A DNA stretch of 64,000 nucleotides from Bacteroidota bacterium (lineage in GTDB: Bacteria > Bacteroidota > Bacteroidia > AKYH767-A > 2013-40CM-41-45), in NCBI GenBank assembly GCA_043783155.1, contig JAYVZS010000054.1, positions 411 to 64,410 on the forward strand. Direction: 5' to 3'. Below the pieces are notes generated by a model. The model searched no databases and had not been told where the DNA came from. It worked only from the letters and a program-made list of their open reading frames with translations. Within the stretch, counting starts at the first letter, position 1. Each line of letters starts with the position of its first letter. Shown here piece after piece: positions 18,438-27,999 of this stretch. Position numbers and translations under genes: made by a program.

Positions 18438-19925
18438 ATGACATTCGAAAAATTGATAAAGGCAAAGACTTTTGGTGAGTTGAAGGCGTTGGGTTACAGG
18501 AGTAAACCGGTATGTGAGGAGTTACGTGACAATCTCATTGAGAAATTAAAGAAGAAGGAAAAAATCTTTGAAGGCATCAAAGCATTTGATGATACCGTAA
18601 TTCCTGATTTGGAAAGGGCAATTCTTTCCCGTCATAATATTTTATTACTTGGCTTGCGCGGACAGGCGAAGACTCGTATCGCGCGCTTGATGACTAATTT
18701 GCTTGATGAATATATTCCTTTTGTAAAGGGAAGTGAATTGAATGATGATCCTTTTCATCCGCTTACACGACATGCGCATGACATGTTGAAATTACATGGC
18801 GACCAGACAGAAATTGAATGGCTGCATCGCGATGAGCGATACACGGAAAAACTTGCTACTCCTGATGTTTCCGTTGCCGACCTGATCGGTGACGTGGATC
18901 CGATTAAAGCAGCAAATCTTAAACTGCCGTATTCCGATGAACGTGTTATTCATTTCGGATTGATTCCAAGATCGCATCGTGGCATTTTTGTCATCAATGA
19001 ATTACCGGATTTGCAGGCGAGGATTCAAGTGGCATTATTCAATATTTTACAGGAAGGTGATATTCAGATTCGCGGATTCAAACTTCGTCTTCCGCTCGAC
19101 ATACAATTTGTTTTCACCGCTAACCCGGAAGATTATACTAACCGCGGGAGTATAGTAACACCGCTGAAAGACCGCATCGAAAGCCAGATTCTGACTCATT
19201 ACCCAAAAGACATTGCGACATCAAAAGAAATTACATTGCAGGAAGCGCAATTGTCGCCTGAACAAAAAGCAAACATTAAATCATTTGAGTTGGTGGAGAA
19301 TTTACTCGAACAAATTTCTTTTGAAGCCCGCAACAATGAATTCATTGATCCGAAAAGTGGTGTGAGTGCCCGCCTTGCCATTTCAGCATACGAAAATTTG
19401 TTCAGTGCCGCTGAACGCAGAATGTTAATCAACAACGAAAACAAAACTTCTTTACGGATAACAGACTTCTGGGGTGTGATTCCATCCATCACCGGAAAAA
19501 TTGAATTGGTGTATGAAGGTGAACAGGAAGGAAGTTTCATCGTATCGCAAAACCTGATCGGTAAGGCCATCCGCACCCGGTTCACGGAATATTTTCCTGA
19601 TCCTGAAAAATTGAAAAAGAAAAAAGAAGTAAATCCTTATCGCGAAGTGGTGGATTGGTTTGGAGCAGGAAATGAAATTGACTTGCTGAATGATTTGTCG
19701 GAGAAAGATTATTCTGCCGCGCTTAACTCGGTCCCCGGTTTAGATGATGTCGTGAAAAAATATTTTCCAAAGGCGAAAGGAGAAGAAAAACTAATGCTGA
19801 TGGAATTCCTGTTGCATGGCCTCGCTGAATTTTCTCTTCTTAGCAAGAATACACTTACATCAGGATTGCGCTTTAAAGATTTGTTCAGTTCTGTTTTCCA
19901 GGATAGAGGGCGGGAGGAAGAGTAG
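18438..19925 (+). CDS. divergent Mg-chelatase subunit I (BchI/ChlI)-like AAA+ ATPase
   Basis: The layout is ChlI-like: a P-loop region GLRGQAKTRIARLMTNLLDEYIPF..DDPFHP, then ADLIGDVDP, IFVINELPDLQ (Walker B) and FVFTANPED (sensor). It is immediately downstream of the VWA partner. Confidence 0.55.
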   Translation: MTFEKLIKAKTFGELKALGYRSKPVCEELRDNLIEKLKKKEKIFEGIKAFDDTVIPDLERAILSRHNILLLGLRGQAKTRIARLMTNLLDEYIPFVKGSELNDDPFHPLTRHAHDMLKLHGDQTEIEWLHRDERYTEKLATPDVSVADLIGDVDPIKAANLKLPYSDERVIHFGLIPRSHRGIFVINELPDLQARIQVALFNILQEGDIQIRGFKLRLPLDIQFVFTANPEDYTNRGSIVTPLKDRIESQILTHYPKDIATSKEITLQEAQLSPEQKANIKSFELVENLLEQISFEARNNEFIDPKSGVSARLAISAYENLFSAAERRMLINNENKTSLRITDFWGVIPSITGKIELVYEGEQEGSFIVSQNLIGKAIRTRFTEYFPDPEKLKKKKEVNPYREVVDWFGAGNEIDLLNDLSEKDYSAALNSVPGLDDVVKKYFPKAKGEEKLMLMEFLLHGLAEFSLLSKNTLTSGLRFKDLFSSVFQDRGREEE

Positions 19926-20002
19926 AGGGAGTAGTTAAGTTTTTAAAGGTTGAAGTAGCCACCGCACCACTCCTTCAAAACATACACACGTAAACATTTT
20001 TT

Positions 20003-20821
20003 TCACAGCTTTCCGCTCCACACAGTGCAATTTCTGAACGAATGATCCAGAATTTTTTCTTCTGTGAAGATTCCGTATACGGACGAACCGCTACCGCTCA
20101 TCGAAGCATAAACGGCTCCGTATTTATATAGTTTCGCTTTGATGTTTTTGAGGATGGTGAATTTTTCAAAGATGGTTTTCTCAAAATCATTCTGAATATT
20201 TTCTTTCCATTTTGCAATTGGAAGTTTGATGAGTTCCTTCAGTGAAGCAGGTGGTTTTAAAGGGACAACGTTGGTATATGCTTCGCTGGTACTCACGTGG
20301 ACTTTAGGTTTTACAATGACAATGAAATATTTTTTGAGATCCAGTTTGATTTCTTCAAACTGATCACCCTTGCCAGACGCGAATACAGGTTTGTTTCGAA
20401 CAAAGAATGCGCAATCACTTCCTAACTGCGAAGCGTAGTTTTGTAATTGTTCATCGTTCAGATTTAAATTGAAAAATTTATTGAGCATGATAAGGGTAAA
20501 AGCCGCATCCGCTGACCCACCTCCGAGGCCGGCACCGATCGGAATAATTTTATGAAGGTGCATTTTGATTGGTGGAAGATCCGATTTTTCGGTAAGTAAA
20601 TAATATGCTTTCAGGCAGAGATTCTGATGATCTTTGCTGTAAATCCTAGTCCCTGTGTTTTTAAACTGAAGCAATGATTTTGAAGATGGATCAGGTATTA
20701 TTTCCAGTGCATCGCTCCATTGAACAGGGTAAAAAATAGTTTCAATGTCATGAAAACCGTCAGCCCTGCGCGAGACAATATTCAATCCTAAATTAATTTT
20801 TGCATTGGGAAAAGAAATCAT
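20003..20821 (-). CDS. ispE: 4-(cytidine 5'-diphospho)-2-C-methyl-D-erythritol kinase
   Basis: N-terminal PNAKINLGLNIVSRRADGFHD and the GHMP-kinase Gly-rich loop PIGAGLGGGSADAA. Confidence 0.85.
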   Translation of the reverse strand: MISFPNAKINLGLNIVSRRADGFHDIETIFYPVQWSDALEIIPDPSSKSLLQFKNTGTRIYSKDHQNLCLKAYYLLTEKSDLPPIKMHLHKIIPIGAGLGGGSADAAFTLIMLNKFFNLNLNDEQLQNYASQLGSDCAFFVRNKPVFASGKGDQFEEIKLDLKKYFIVIVKPKVHVSTSEAYTNVVPLKPPASLKELIKLPIAKWKENIQNDFEKTIFEKFTILKNIKAKLYKYGAVYASMSGSGSSVYGIFTEEKILDHSFRNCTVWSGKL

Positions 20822-21015
20822 AGTAATCCGAATAAAATAAATTGCATAGACACAGGAAATTGTTTACGAATGTACGAACCTGTATGTCTTTCGGCAAGAA
20901 CACAATCTGACAAAGGAAGAAAGGGTATTGAAATTTGTTCAAGAGGTGGAGATTTATCTGATTTTCAATATTCAATAATCCATGCTACCTTGCATCCACT
21001 TTTAATAAAATACTC

Positions 21016-22005
21016 ATGACATTTCTCGACTTTGAAAAACCGATTGAAGATTTGATCGATCAGATTGAAAAGCAAAAACAGATCGGAGAGAGGAGCAAAA
21101 TCGATGTCAGCAAAAGTGTTGCTGAATTAGAAAGGAAGCTGGAAGAAGCGCGAAAAAAAATTTACGGAAGCCTTACTCCCTGGCAGCGTGTTCAGTTGTC
21201 GCGCCACCAGGATCGGCCGTATTCTCTCAGCTACATCAATGCGATGACGGAGAATAATTTCATCGAGTTGTTCGGTGATCGGACGGTGAGTGACGACAAA
21301 GCCATTATCGGTGGTTTGGGTAGTATTGACGGGCAAACAATTATGTTTATCGCCCAACAAAAGGGAAATACAACGAAGCAGCGCCAATACCGTAATTTTG
21401 GAATGGCCAACCCGGAAGGTTATCGTAAAGCATTACGCCTGATGAAACTTGCCGAGAAGTTTAACATTCCTGTTGTCACGTTGATCGACACTCCCGGCGC
21501 ATATCCGGGATTGGAAGCGGAAGAGCGCGGTCAGGGAGAAGCGATTGCCCGTAATCTTTTTGAGATGGCTAAACTGCAGGTGCCCGTCATCTGTATTATT
21601 ATTGGTGAAGGTGCTTCCGGCGGTGCATTAGGAATCGCCATTGGCGATAGGGTGTTGATGCTTGAAAATACGTGGTACTCCGTTATCTCGCCCGAATCCT
21701 GTTCATCTATTCTTTGGAGAAGTTGGGATTATAAAGAACGTGCCGCTGAAGTATTGAAGCTGACGGCAGAAGATATGCTGAAACAAAATCTCATCGATGG
21801 TATTGTCAGAGAGCCAATTGGCGGAGCACATTCATTCCCTGAAGAGATGTTCGCGATTGTCAAGAATGAAATTAAAAAACATCTTGTTGAATTGGTAAAG
21901 GAAGAAAAGAAAACACTGGTGAAAAAGAGGATCGATAAGTTCTGCAGAATGGGAGTGGTAGTGGAGGAGAAGAGTGTTCAAAGCGTGGAAGTCATCAGCA
22001 AATAA
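21016..22005 (+). CDS. accA: acetyl-CoA carboxylase carboxyltransferase subunit alpha
   Basis: [11 protein letters not shown] at the N-terminus and the crotonase-fold motifs ([39 protein letters not shown]). Confidence 0.9.
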   Translation: MTFLDFEKPIEDLIDQIEKQKQIGERSKIDVSKSVAELERKLEEARKKIYGSLTPWQRVQLSRHQDRPYSLSYINAMTENNFIELFGDRTVSDDKAIIGGLGSIDGQTIMFIAQQKGNTTKQRQYRNFGMANPEGYRKALRLMKLAEKFNIPVVTLIDTPGAYPGLEAEERGQGEAIARNLFEMAKLQVPVICIIIGEGASGGALGIAIGDRVLMLENTWYSVISPESCSSILWRSWDYKERAAEVLKLTAEDMLKQNLIDGIVREPIGGAHSFPEEMFAIVKNEIKKHLVELVKEEKKTLVKKRIDKFCRMGVVVEEKSVQSVEVISK

Positions 22006-22103
22006 ATACGGATTATTGATTTCCGGATCATCAATTGTTTTAATTTAATATCGAAAAAGAAAATAATTTTTAAGTAATTGTAGTCTTCATTTTTACTTTT
22101 AAT

Positions 22104-22577
22104 ATGCCTGATAAAAAAGAATTTATGCGGGAGGCCATTCGCCTCAGTTTTGATACCATGCGTAGCAACACAGGAGGTCCTTTTGGATGTGTGGTTGTGA
22201 AAGATGGAAAAGTTATCGCGCGTGGTTTTAATAAAGTTGTTTCCACCAACGATCCGACAGCGCATGCTGAAGTGGTCGCAATTCGTGAAGCGTGTAAAAC
22301 ATTAAACGATTTTCAACTGACAGGTTGCGAAATTTATACAAGCTGTGAGCCCTGCCCGATGTGCCTTTCAGCTATTTACTGGGCGCGGCCGGATAAAGTG
22401 TATTACGCCAATACAAAGGAAGACGCAGCAAATATTAATTTCGATGACGCTTTTATCTACAAAGAAATTCAGGCGGAGTTATGCGACCGGAAAATCGCTG
22501 TCGAACAGTTGCTCCATGATGAAGCCATTGAAGCATTTCATGAATGGAAAAAAAAAACGGATAAGATTTCGTATTGA
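22104..22577 (+). CDS. CDA-fold nucleoside deaminase, guanine deaminase GuaD-like (or TadA-like)
   Basis: Zinc motifs HAEVVAIREA and SCEPCPMCLSAIYWAR. GGPFGCVVVKDG, TNDPTAHAEV and FDDAFIYKEI closely resemble my memory of B. subtilis GuaD. Confidence 0.6.
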   Translation: MPDKKEFMREAIRLSFDTMRSNTGGPFGCVVVKDGKVIARGFNKVVSTNDPTAHAEVVAIREACKTLNDFQLTGCEIYTSCEPCPMCLSAIYWARPDKVYYANTKEDAANINFDDAFIYKEIQAELCDRKIAVEQLLHDEAIEAFHEWKKKTDKISY

Positions 22578-22673
22578 TTGAATGTGTTGAAGATGTGATT
22601 TTAAAAATTTTGAGACTGATTTTTTTTTGTTACACAATAATTTAAGTAAAGATATTTTCCTCTTTTTATTCTT

Positions 22674-22704
22674 AATTGGATATCACAATTTGTGATATCC
22701 AATT
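22674..22704. promoter_or_regulatory. perfect 31-bp palindrome (15-bp arms around a single central T), candidate operator
   Basis: AATTGGATATCACAA-T-TTGTGATATCCAATT is a perfect inverted repeat. It sits 30 bp upstream of the reconstructed ORF6N start (22734) and ~100 bp downstream of the deaminase stop. Confidence 0.6.
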
Positions 22705-22733
22705 TTATCTTCTAACCTTTTAAAATTTTCAAA

Positions 22734-23276
22734 ATGAGAAAATCCATTTTATTATCAGACGAAAAGGTAATCAATAAAATTTACCTGATCAGGGTAAAAA
22801 AGTCATGTTGGACCGTGATTTAGCTGAACTTTACGGAGTTGAAACCAGGGTTTTGAATCAGGCAGTCAAACGAAATGAAAAAAAGATTTCCTGACGATTT
22901 TATGTTCCGGTTAACTGAAAAAGAATTGTCCATTTGGAAATCACAAAATGTGACATCCGACAAAGAAAAAATCGGTTTGAGAAAATTGCCTTTGGCTTTT
23001 AGCGAACAGGGCGTCGCTATGTTGTCCAGTGTCTTGAACAGCAGAAACGCGATTGATGTAAACATTCAGATTATTCGGATATTCACTCGATTGCGTGAAG
23101 TGTTTCTGACACACAAAGATGTTTTATTGAAACTGGAAAAACTGGAAAAGAAAATATTTAAACAAAATGATCATTTGAGAAAACAGGAAGAAGAAATTCA
23201 AATGGTTTTTAATGTATTGAAAAAATTACTTAGCCCGCCTCAGCAACCAAGGAAACGTATCGGTTTTAAAAATTAA
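22734..23276 (+). pseudogene. ORF6N (KilA-C-related) domain protein disrupted by two compensating homopolymer indels
   Basis: Frame 0 gives [23 protein letters not shown] then a stop. Frame -1 from 22805 gives [27 protein letters not shown], and frame 0 resumes at 22875 with (K)[36 protein letters not shown]... The frame changes sit at an A6 tract (22796-22801) and an A7 tract (22878-22884). Confidence 0.6.
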
Positions 23277-23301
23277 AGTGAGTTTTTGGTCGTCAAATTT
23301 T

Positions 23302-24606
23302 CTATTTACTGAAAAGCAGTCTCACATCCTTCACTGAATCCGTATTCGCAATGTTGTATTGGAATGAAGCCGTTGAAGAATTGTAAACATGAACGGTGTT
23401 TCCTGAACAAGCGAAAATTTCCTGGTCAAGGTCATCATACGTCAAAGAATAAACCGGAAAACCTGTAACGAACGGAGTAAGGCCATTGAGCGTATAATTG
23501 TACAGATAAATTCCGCCGGAATGAGCAACAAAGTAATGCGTGTTGTCAACCTGAACTACATTGTTAAGCAAACCGGTCGGTACCGTGTGCAACTGGATGA
23601 TTCCGTTCCCGGTTTCATTGTAGATTTCAATTTTGCCTTGCCCTGAAACCGTATCATTTCCGAAGAGAAGCAGGTGACCGTTATCAAGCGTGAACATGTT
23701 TTTCAGATCCATATCGATTACCCTTTCTTGTTTTGCAGCACCGGAAACAAGATAAAAACTTCCTATCCTGGTTTCATGAACAGTTGGATAATACAATTCA
23801 CCGAAAAAATACTGATCGTTTTTTAAAATAGCATCCGGTATAAAGTATCCTGATTGCTGAACCTCATATTTCTGTGTACCTGTTTTGTTGTATCCTTTGA
23901 TATTTCCATTGTACCAGGAAACGTAAACCACATCATTCTCCAGGAATAAATTCATAAAAGTAGGAATAGAAGACGCAGCAGATTGTTTGGAAAAAAGCAA
24001 TGCATTGCTGGTGAGATCATATCCATTAAAATTTCCAGTCAGCTTTCCGATAGTAAACAATGTATTGCCCAAAGAATAGATCGCTGATGCCGCATAATCG
24101 CCGGGTATACTAATACTGATAGATGGTTGATGCAATGAATCTATTTTCAAAACCTGGCAGGAGAAATTATTCGCTGAAGAAATAAGATAAATGGCTTTTC
24201 TGACTTTTTGCAGCTCATTGATATGAATTAAAGTATAAGCATTTGTCTCGTGATGTCCGTTTGAAGCGGTTACCGCGATATAATAATTTCCTGATACAAG
24301 GTTCACGTTGTCAATCACGTACTGTGCGTTGATCACGGTATTATTTCCTGAAAAAGTTGACGAAACTCCGTGTCCTGCTGGTATATAGTTTGAATTGAGT
24401 AGCCGGATTCCTACAGCTGTAATTTGTTTTGAATCGCTGATATGAATTTGAATGGGAAAAGTATCGCCGACGGCAAAGGATGCACCTGATGATGGTTTCA
24501 GAATAGTAACGATCGGACTGCCAAAATCTTCATTCTTCTTGCAGGAAGAAAACAGAACTTGAATAAGAAACACGAATGCGGCTAAATTGAAAATTCTTAC
24601 AGACAT
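23302..24606 (-). CDS. hypothetical lipoprotein (signal peptide + lipobox Cys; probable Ig-like N-domain and beta-propeller-like repeats)
   Basis: N-terminal LFSSCKKNE is a SPII lipobox. The sequence is rich in N, G, Y, S and T. Nothing beyond that was recognised. Confidence 0.35.
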   Translation of the reverse strand: MSVRIFNLAAFVFLIQVLFSSCKKNEDFGSPIVTILKPSSGASFAVGDTFPIQIHISDSKQITAVGIRLLNSNYIPAGHGVSSTFSGNNTVINAQYVIDNVNLVSGNYYIAVTASNGHHETNAYTLIHINELQKVRKAIYLISSANNFSCQVLKIDSLHQPSISISIPGDYAASAIYSLGNTLFTIGKLTGNFNGYDLTSNALLFSKQSAASSIPTFMNLFLENDVVYVSWYNGNIKGYNKTGTQKYEVQQSGYFIPDAILKNDQYFFGELYYPTVHETRIGSFYLVSGAAKQERVIDMDLKNMFTLDNGHLLLFGNDTVSGQGKIEIYNETGNGIIQLHTVPTGLLNNVVQVDNTHYFVAHSGGIYLYNYTLNGLTPFVTGFPVYSLTYDDLDQEIFACSGNTVHVYNSSTASFQYNIANTDSVKDVRLLFSK

Positions 24607-24848
24607 CTCAGATCTGATTAAACTTAAAACTAACTTTAATCTTTAACATCCTGAAAAATTAAATTCCTGCAAATCATGTATAAAAAAATAATGTAGAACA
24701 AAATTAAATTTAGTTTTCAACAAACCATCAGAAAGATAAAGATTTATTTAGTTTCGCATCCCTTTCTAAAAATATTTTCAACGGAGAAAAGTTGAATTTT
24801 TTTTTCAACAGTCGAGAGGAAACTCAATTCAATCACTATATTTGATCA

Positions 24849-26393
24849 ATGGCAGAGGCAGGAGAACCGGTTAAGACAGGCGAAACAACTTCAACACGAA
24901 GGAAGGTGACTAGTAAATCTCCTTACCAGTCGCAGTTGGCCAATACATTCGGGAAACTTCCTCCGCAGGCAGTTGATCTTGAAGAAGCAGTCTTGGGAGC
25001 ACTCATGCTGGAGAAAGACGCACTCACTTCTGTGATCGATATTCTTCGTCCCGAATCTTTTTATAAAGACGCTCACCGGATGATTTTCCAGGCGATCAGC
25101 AGGTTGTTTGAAAAATCAGAACCGATCGATATTCTCACCGTTACCAATGAGTTGAAGAGAAGTGGAGAACTGGATATTGTCGGCGGACCCTTTGCTATCA
25201 CCCAGCTGACCAGCCGTGTCGCTTCTGCTGCAAACATCGAATACCATGCGCGCATTATTTTACAGAAGCACATTCAACGGGAACTGATTCGCATTTCTTC
25301 TGAAACAATTAAAGATGCGTACGAAGACACCTCTGATATTTTCTTCTTATTGGACCGCGCCGAAAAAAATCTTTTCGATGTAGCGCAGGGTAACATCAGG
25401 AGAAATTACCAGGAGATGAGTTCGATGGTAAGCGAAGCATACAAACAAATTGAAGCGGCACTGAAACATGGAACCGGAATAACCGGAGTTGAATCCGGCT
25501 TCAGTGATCTGGATCGCATTACATCTGGATGGCAGAAATCGGATTTGGTTGTAGTAGCGGCCCGTCCGGGTATGGGTAAGACGGCGTTTGTACTTTCTCT
25601 TGCAAGAAATGCTGCTGTCGGCTTTAACAAACCGATCGCTTTTTTCTCTCTTGAAATGTCATCGGTTCAGTTGGTTCAACGGATGATTGCTTCTGAAACC
25701 GGTATTCCGGCTGAGAAGTTGAAAAAAGGACAACTGAATCCTGTAGAATGGCAACAGTTGGTTTCCATGACGGGTAAACTTTCCGAAGCTCCTATTTATA
25801 TTGATGACACACCCTCTTTGTCAATCTTCGACTTGAGATCAAAATGCAGAAGGTTAAAAGTTCAACATGACATACAACTTATTGTTGTCGACTATTTACA
25901 ACTCATGCGCTCTGATGTGGACGCGAAATCCGGTAACCGCGAACAGGAAATCAGTTCGATCTCACGTTCTCTCAAAGCGATTGCAAAAGAATTGAATGTT
26001 CCGATCATTGCGTTGTCGCAGTTGAGTCGTGCCGTTGAATCGCGTGGTGGAATTAAACGCCCGCAGCTTTCCGATCTTCGTGAATCGGGAGCAATTGAAC
26101 AGGATGCCGATATGGTACTTTTTATTTATCGTCCTGAATATTACAAGATCGAATATGATGAAGAGAATAAACCGACAAGAGGTGTTGCCGAAATCATCAT
26201 TGCAAAACATCGAAACGGAGCGCTTGAAACAGTGAAACTGAAATTCATCGATCGTCTTGCCAAGTTCACCGACCTTGATTATAGCGAAACACCTTCAGAA
26301 ACACCGAGTGGTTCTATCGTTGATTACCAGTCGAACAGAATCATCGTTGGGTCCAGGATGAATGACATGCCGGATGATGAAGCGCCTTTTTAA
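24849..26393 (+). CDS. dnaB: replicative DNA helicase DnaB
   Basis: N-terminal DnaB domain (EEAVLGALMLEKDALTSVIDIL..FYKDAHRMIFQAI), Walker A GMGKTAF, Walker B LIVVDYLQLM and the RecA-like fold motifs. Confidence 0.9.
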   Translation: MAEAGEPVKTGETTSTRRKVTSKSPYQSQLANTFGKLPPQAVDLEEAVLGALMLEKDALTSVIDILRPESFYKDAHRMIFQAISRLFEKSEPIDILTVTNELKRSGELDIVGGPFAITQLTSRVASAANIEYHARIILQKHIQRELIRISSETIKDAYEDTSDIFFLLDRAEKNLFDVAQGNIRRNYQEMSSMVSEAYKQIEAALKHGTGITGVESGFSDLDRITSGWQKSDLVVVAARPGMGKTAFVLSLARNAAVGFNKPIAFFSLEMSSVQLVQRMIASETGIPAEKLKKGQLNPVEWQQLVSMTGKLSEAPIYIDDTPSLSIFDLRSKCRRLKVQHDIQLIVVDYLQLMRSDVDAKSGNREQEISSISRSLKAIAKELNVPIIALSQLSRAVESRGGIKRPQLSDLRESGAIEQDADMVLFIYRPEYYKIEYDEENKPTRGVAEIIIAKHRNGALETVKLKFIDRLAKFTDLDYSETPSETPSGSIVDYQSNRIIVGSRMNDMPDDEAPF

Positions 26394-26395
26394 GT

Positions 26396-26546
26396 AATAA
26401 GGAATAATGAAGAAGTACTAAATGCTTTAGATAGTAAACCACCTGACGAAACTGAGAAATAATCGGTGTAATTAAATTTCAATTAGTGTAATCCTATAAA
26501 ACAATAAACAGTACTAAATTACACCGTAGCTTCGTTATTCCTTATT
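26396..26546. repeat. 151-bp AT-rich element with nested inverted repeats (possible MITE-like or structured element)
   Basis: Outer 12-bp IR AATAAGGAATAA (26396-26407) pairs with TTATTCCTTATT (26535-26546). Inner 10-bp IR CGGTGTAATT (26464-26473) pairs with AATTACACCG (26517-26526). There is also a direct repeat GTACTAAAT at 26415 and 26511. Confidence 0.35.
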
Positions 26547-26659
26547 CATTCTTCCTTTTTACTTTTTTACAATTTTTCCTGTCTTTCCCCGTTTACTTTT
26601 ACGATCTTTATACGTAAGAATAACCATTCCCGGCTTCTTTGCTACATTTGTACATCCAG

Positions 26660-27919
26660 ATGAAAAAAATAATTCTCTTCGTTGCCTTTCTTGTTGCGGC
26701 TTTCCGTATACAAGCCGCCTATATTTTTATTCCGATGGATGATACCCAGAAGAATCATCTCAAGGCGTACGGCATTGCATACTATGCGTTGCAAAAGGAA
26801 ATTGATGTTCAGTGGCTGCTGAATTACAAAGGCGGAAGTTTTTTATTGTCTGATCTTCCTCTATTCGAAAAGGAATGTGCGATTCGTGGTGTCACATACC
26901 AGGTGATTGCGAATGTACAGAAGGATGCTATCCTGACGGAGATTTCGAATCCGGAAGTAAATATGGATGTTGTTAAATTAGAGAAGGCGCCAAAGATTGC
27001 GGTTTATTCCCCTAAAAATAAAAGACCTTGGGATGATGCGGTAACACTGGCGTTGACGTATGCTGAAATTCCGTACGACCTCGTATATGATGAAGAGGTG
27101 GTGTCTGGTATTTTACCAAAGTACGACTGGCTGCATTTGCATCACGAGGATTTTACGGGGCAATATGGACGATTTTGGTTTGCTTACAGAAATGCTGCCT
27201 GGTACCAGGAAGATGTTCGATTGCAGGAAGACATGGCGCACAAATTGGGTTATAAAAAAGTATCGCAGATGAAGTTAGCAGTTGCTCTTAAGATTCGTGA
27301 TTTCACTGTTGGAGGCGGTTATCTTTTCGCGATGTGTTCGGCAACTGACAGTTACGATATCGCTCTTGCAGCGGAAGGTGTTGATATTTGTGAGTCGATG
27401 TTCGATGGTGATGCTGCCGATCCTGATCAGAATAAAAAACTTGACTTTTCGAAGGGCTTTGCCTTCAAAAATTATAATCTGGTTACCAATCCAAGTATCT
27501 ATGAGTTTTCTGAAATTGATAATGAACCACCGGAAAGAAAAGTAAGTCGTACGGAAGATTTTTTTACGCTCTTTGAATTTTCTGCCAAGTGGGATCCTGT
27601 GCCAACGATGCTCTGTCAGAATCATGAACAGGTGATCAAAGGATTTATGGGGCAGACAACCGCTTTCAAAAAGAAATATATTAAACCGGAAGTGCTGATC
27701 CTGGGCGACAACAAAGCCGCCGACGAAGCGCGTTACATTCATGGTGAATACGGAAAAGGAACCTGGACTTTTTATGCCGGTCACGACCCGGAAGATTACC
27801 AGCACCAGGTTGGCGATCCTCCTACGGATCTTGCATTGCATCCTAACTCACCTGGTTACCGTTTAATTCTGAACAACGTTTTATTTCCCGCGGCTAAGAA
27901 GAAGAAACAGAAAACGTGA
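26660..27919 (+). CDS. hypothetical secreted protein (signal peptide; possibly class-I glutamine-amidotransferase-like fold)
   Basis: Signal peptide MKKIILFVAFLVAAFRIQA. There is no confident family assignment. The KIAVYSP...DWLHLHHEDFTG segment vaguely resembles ThuA/GATase1-like proteins. Confidence 0.3.
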   Translation: MKKIILFVAFLVAAFRIQAAYIFIPMDDTQKNHLKAYGIAYYALQKEIDVQWLLNYKGGSFLLSDLPLFEKECAIRGVTYQVIANVQKDAILTEISNPEVNMDVVKLEKAPKIAVYSPKNKRPWDDAVTLALTYAEIPYDLVYDEEVVSGILPKYDWLHLHHEDFTGQYGRFWFAYRNAAWYQEDVRLQEDMAHKLGYKKVSQMKLAVALKIRDFTVGGGYLFAMCSATDSYDIALAAEGVDICESMFDGDAADPDQNKKLDFSKGFAFKNYNLVTNPSIYEFSEIDNEPPERKVSRTEDFFTLFEFSAKWDPVPTMLCQNHEQVIKGFMGQTTAFKKKYIKPEVLILGDNKAADEARYIHGEYGKGTWTFYAGHDPEDYQHQVGDPPTDLALHPNSPGYRLILNNVLFPAAKKKKQKT

Positions 27920-27999
27920 TTCGATTTAGGGTTTTGGATGTGGAGATTTAAGAGCCCCTCATGTAATAGTGATGTAAATCTGAAAATCCCAAACAAATT

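Noticed and set aside
24781-24812. Short hairpin plus T9 tract (TTCAAC-ggagaaaa-GTTGAA-TTTTTTTTT) upstream of dnaB
   Set aside because: It has only a 5-6 bp AT-rich stem, and no plus-strand gene upstream to terminate. It is more likely a promoter-region A/T tract than a terminator.
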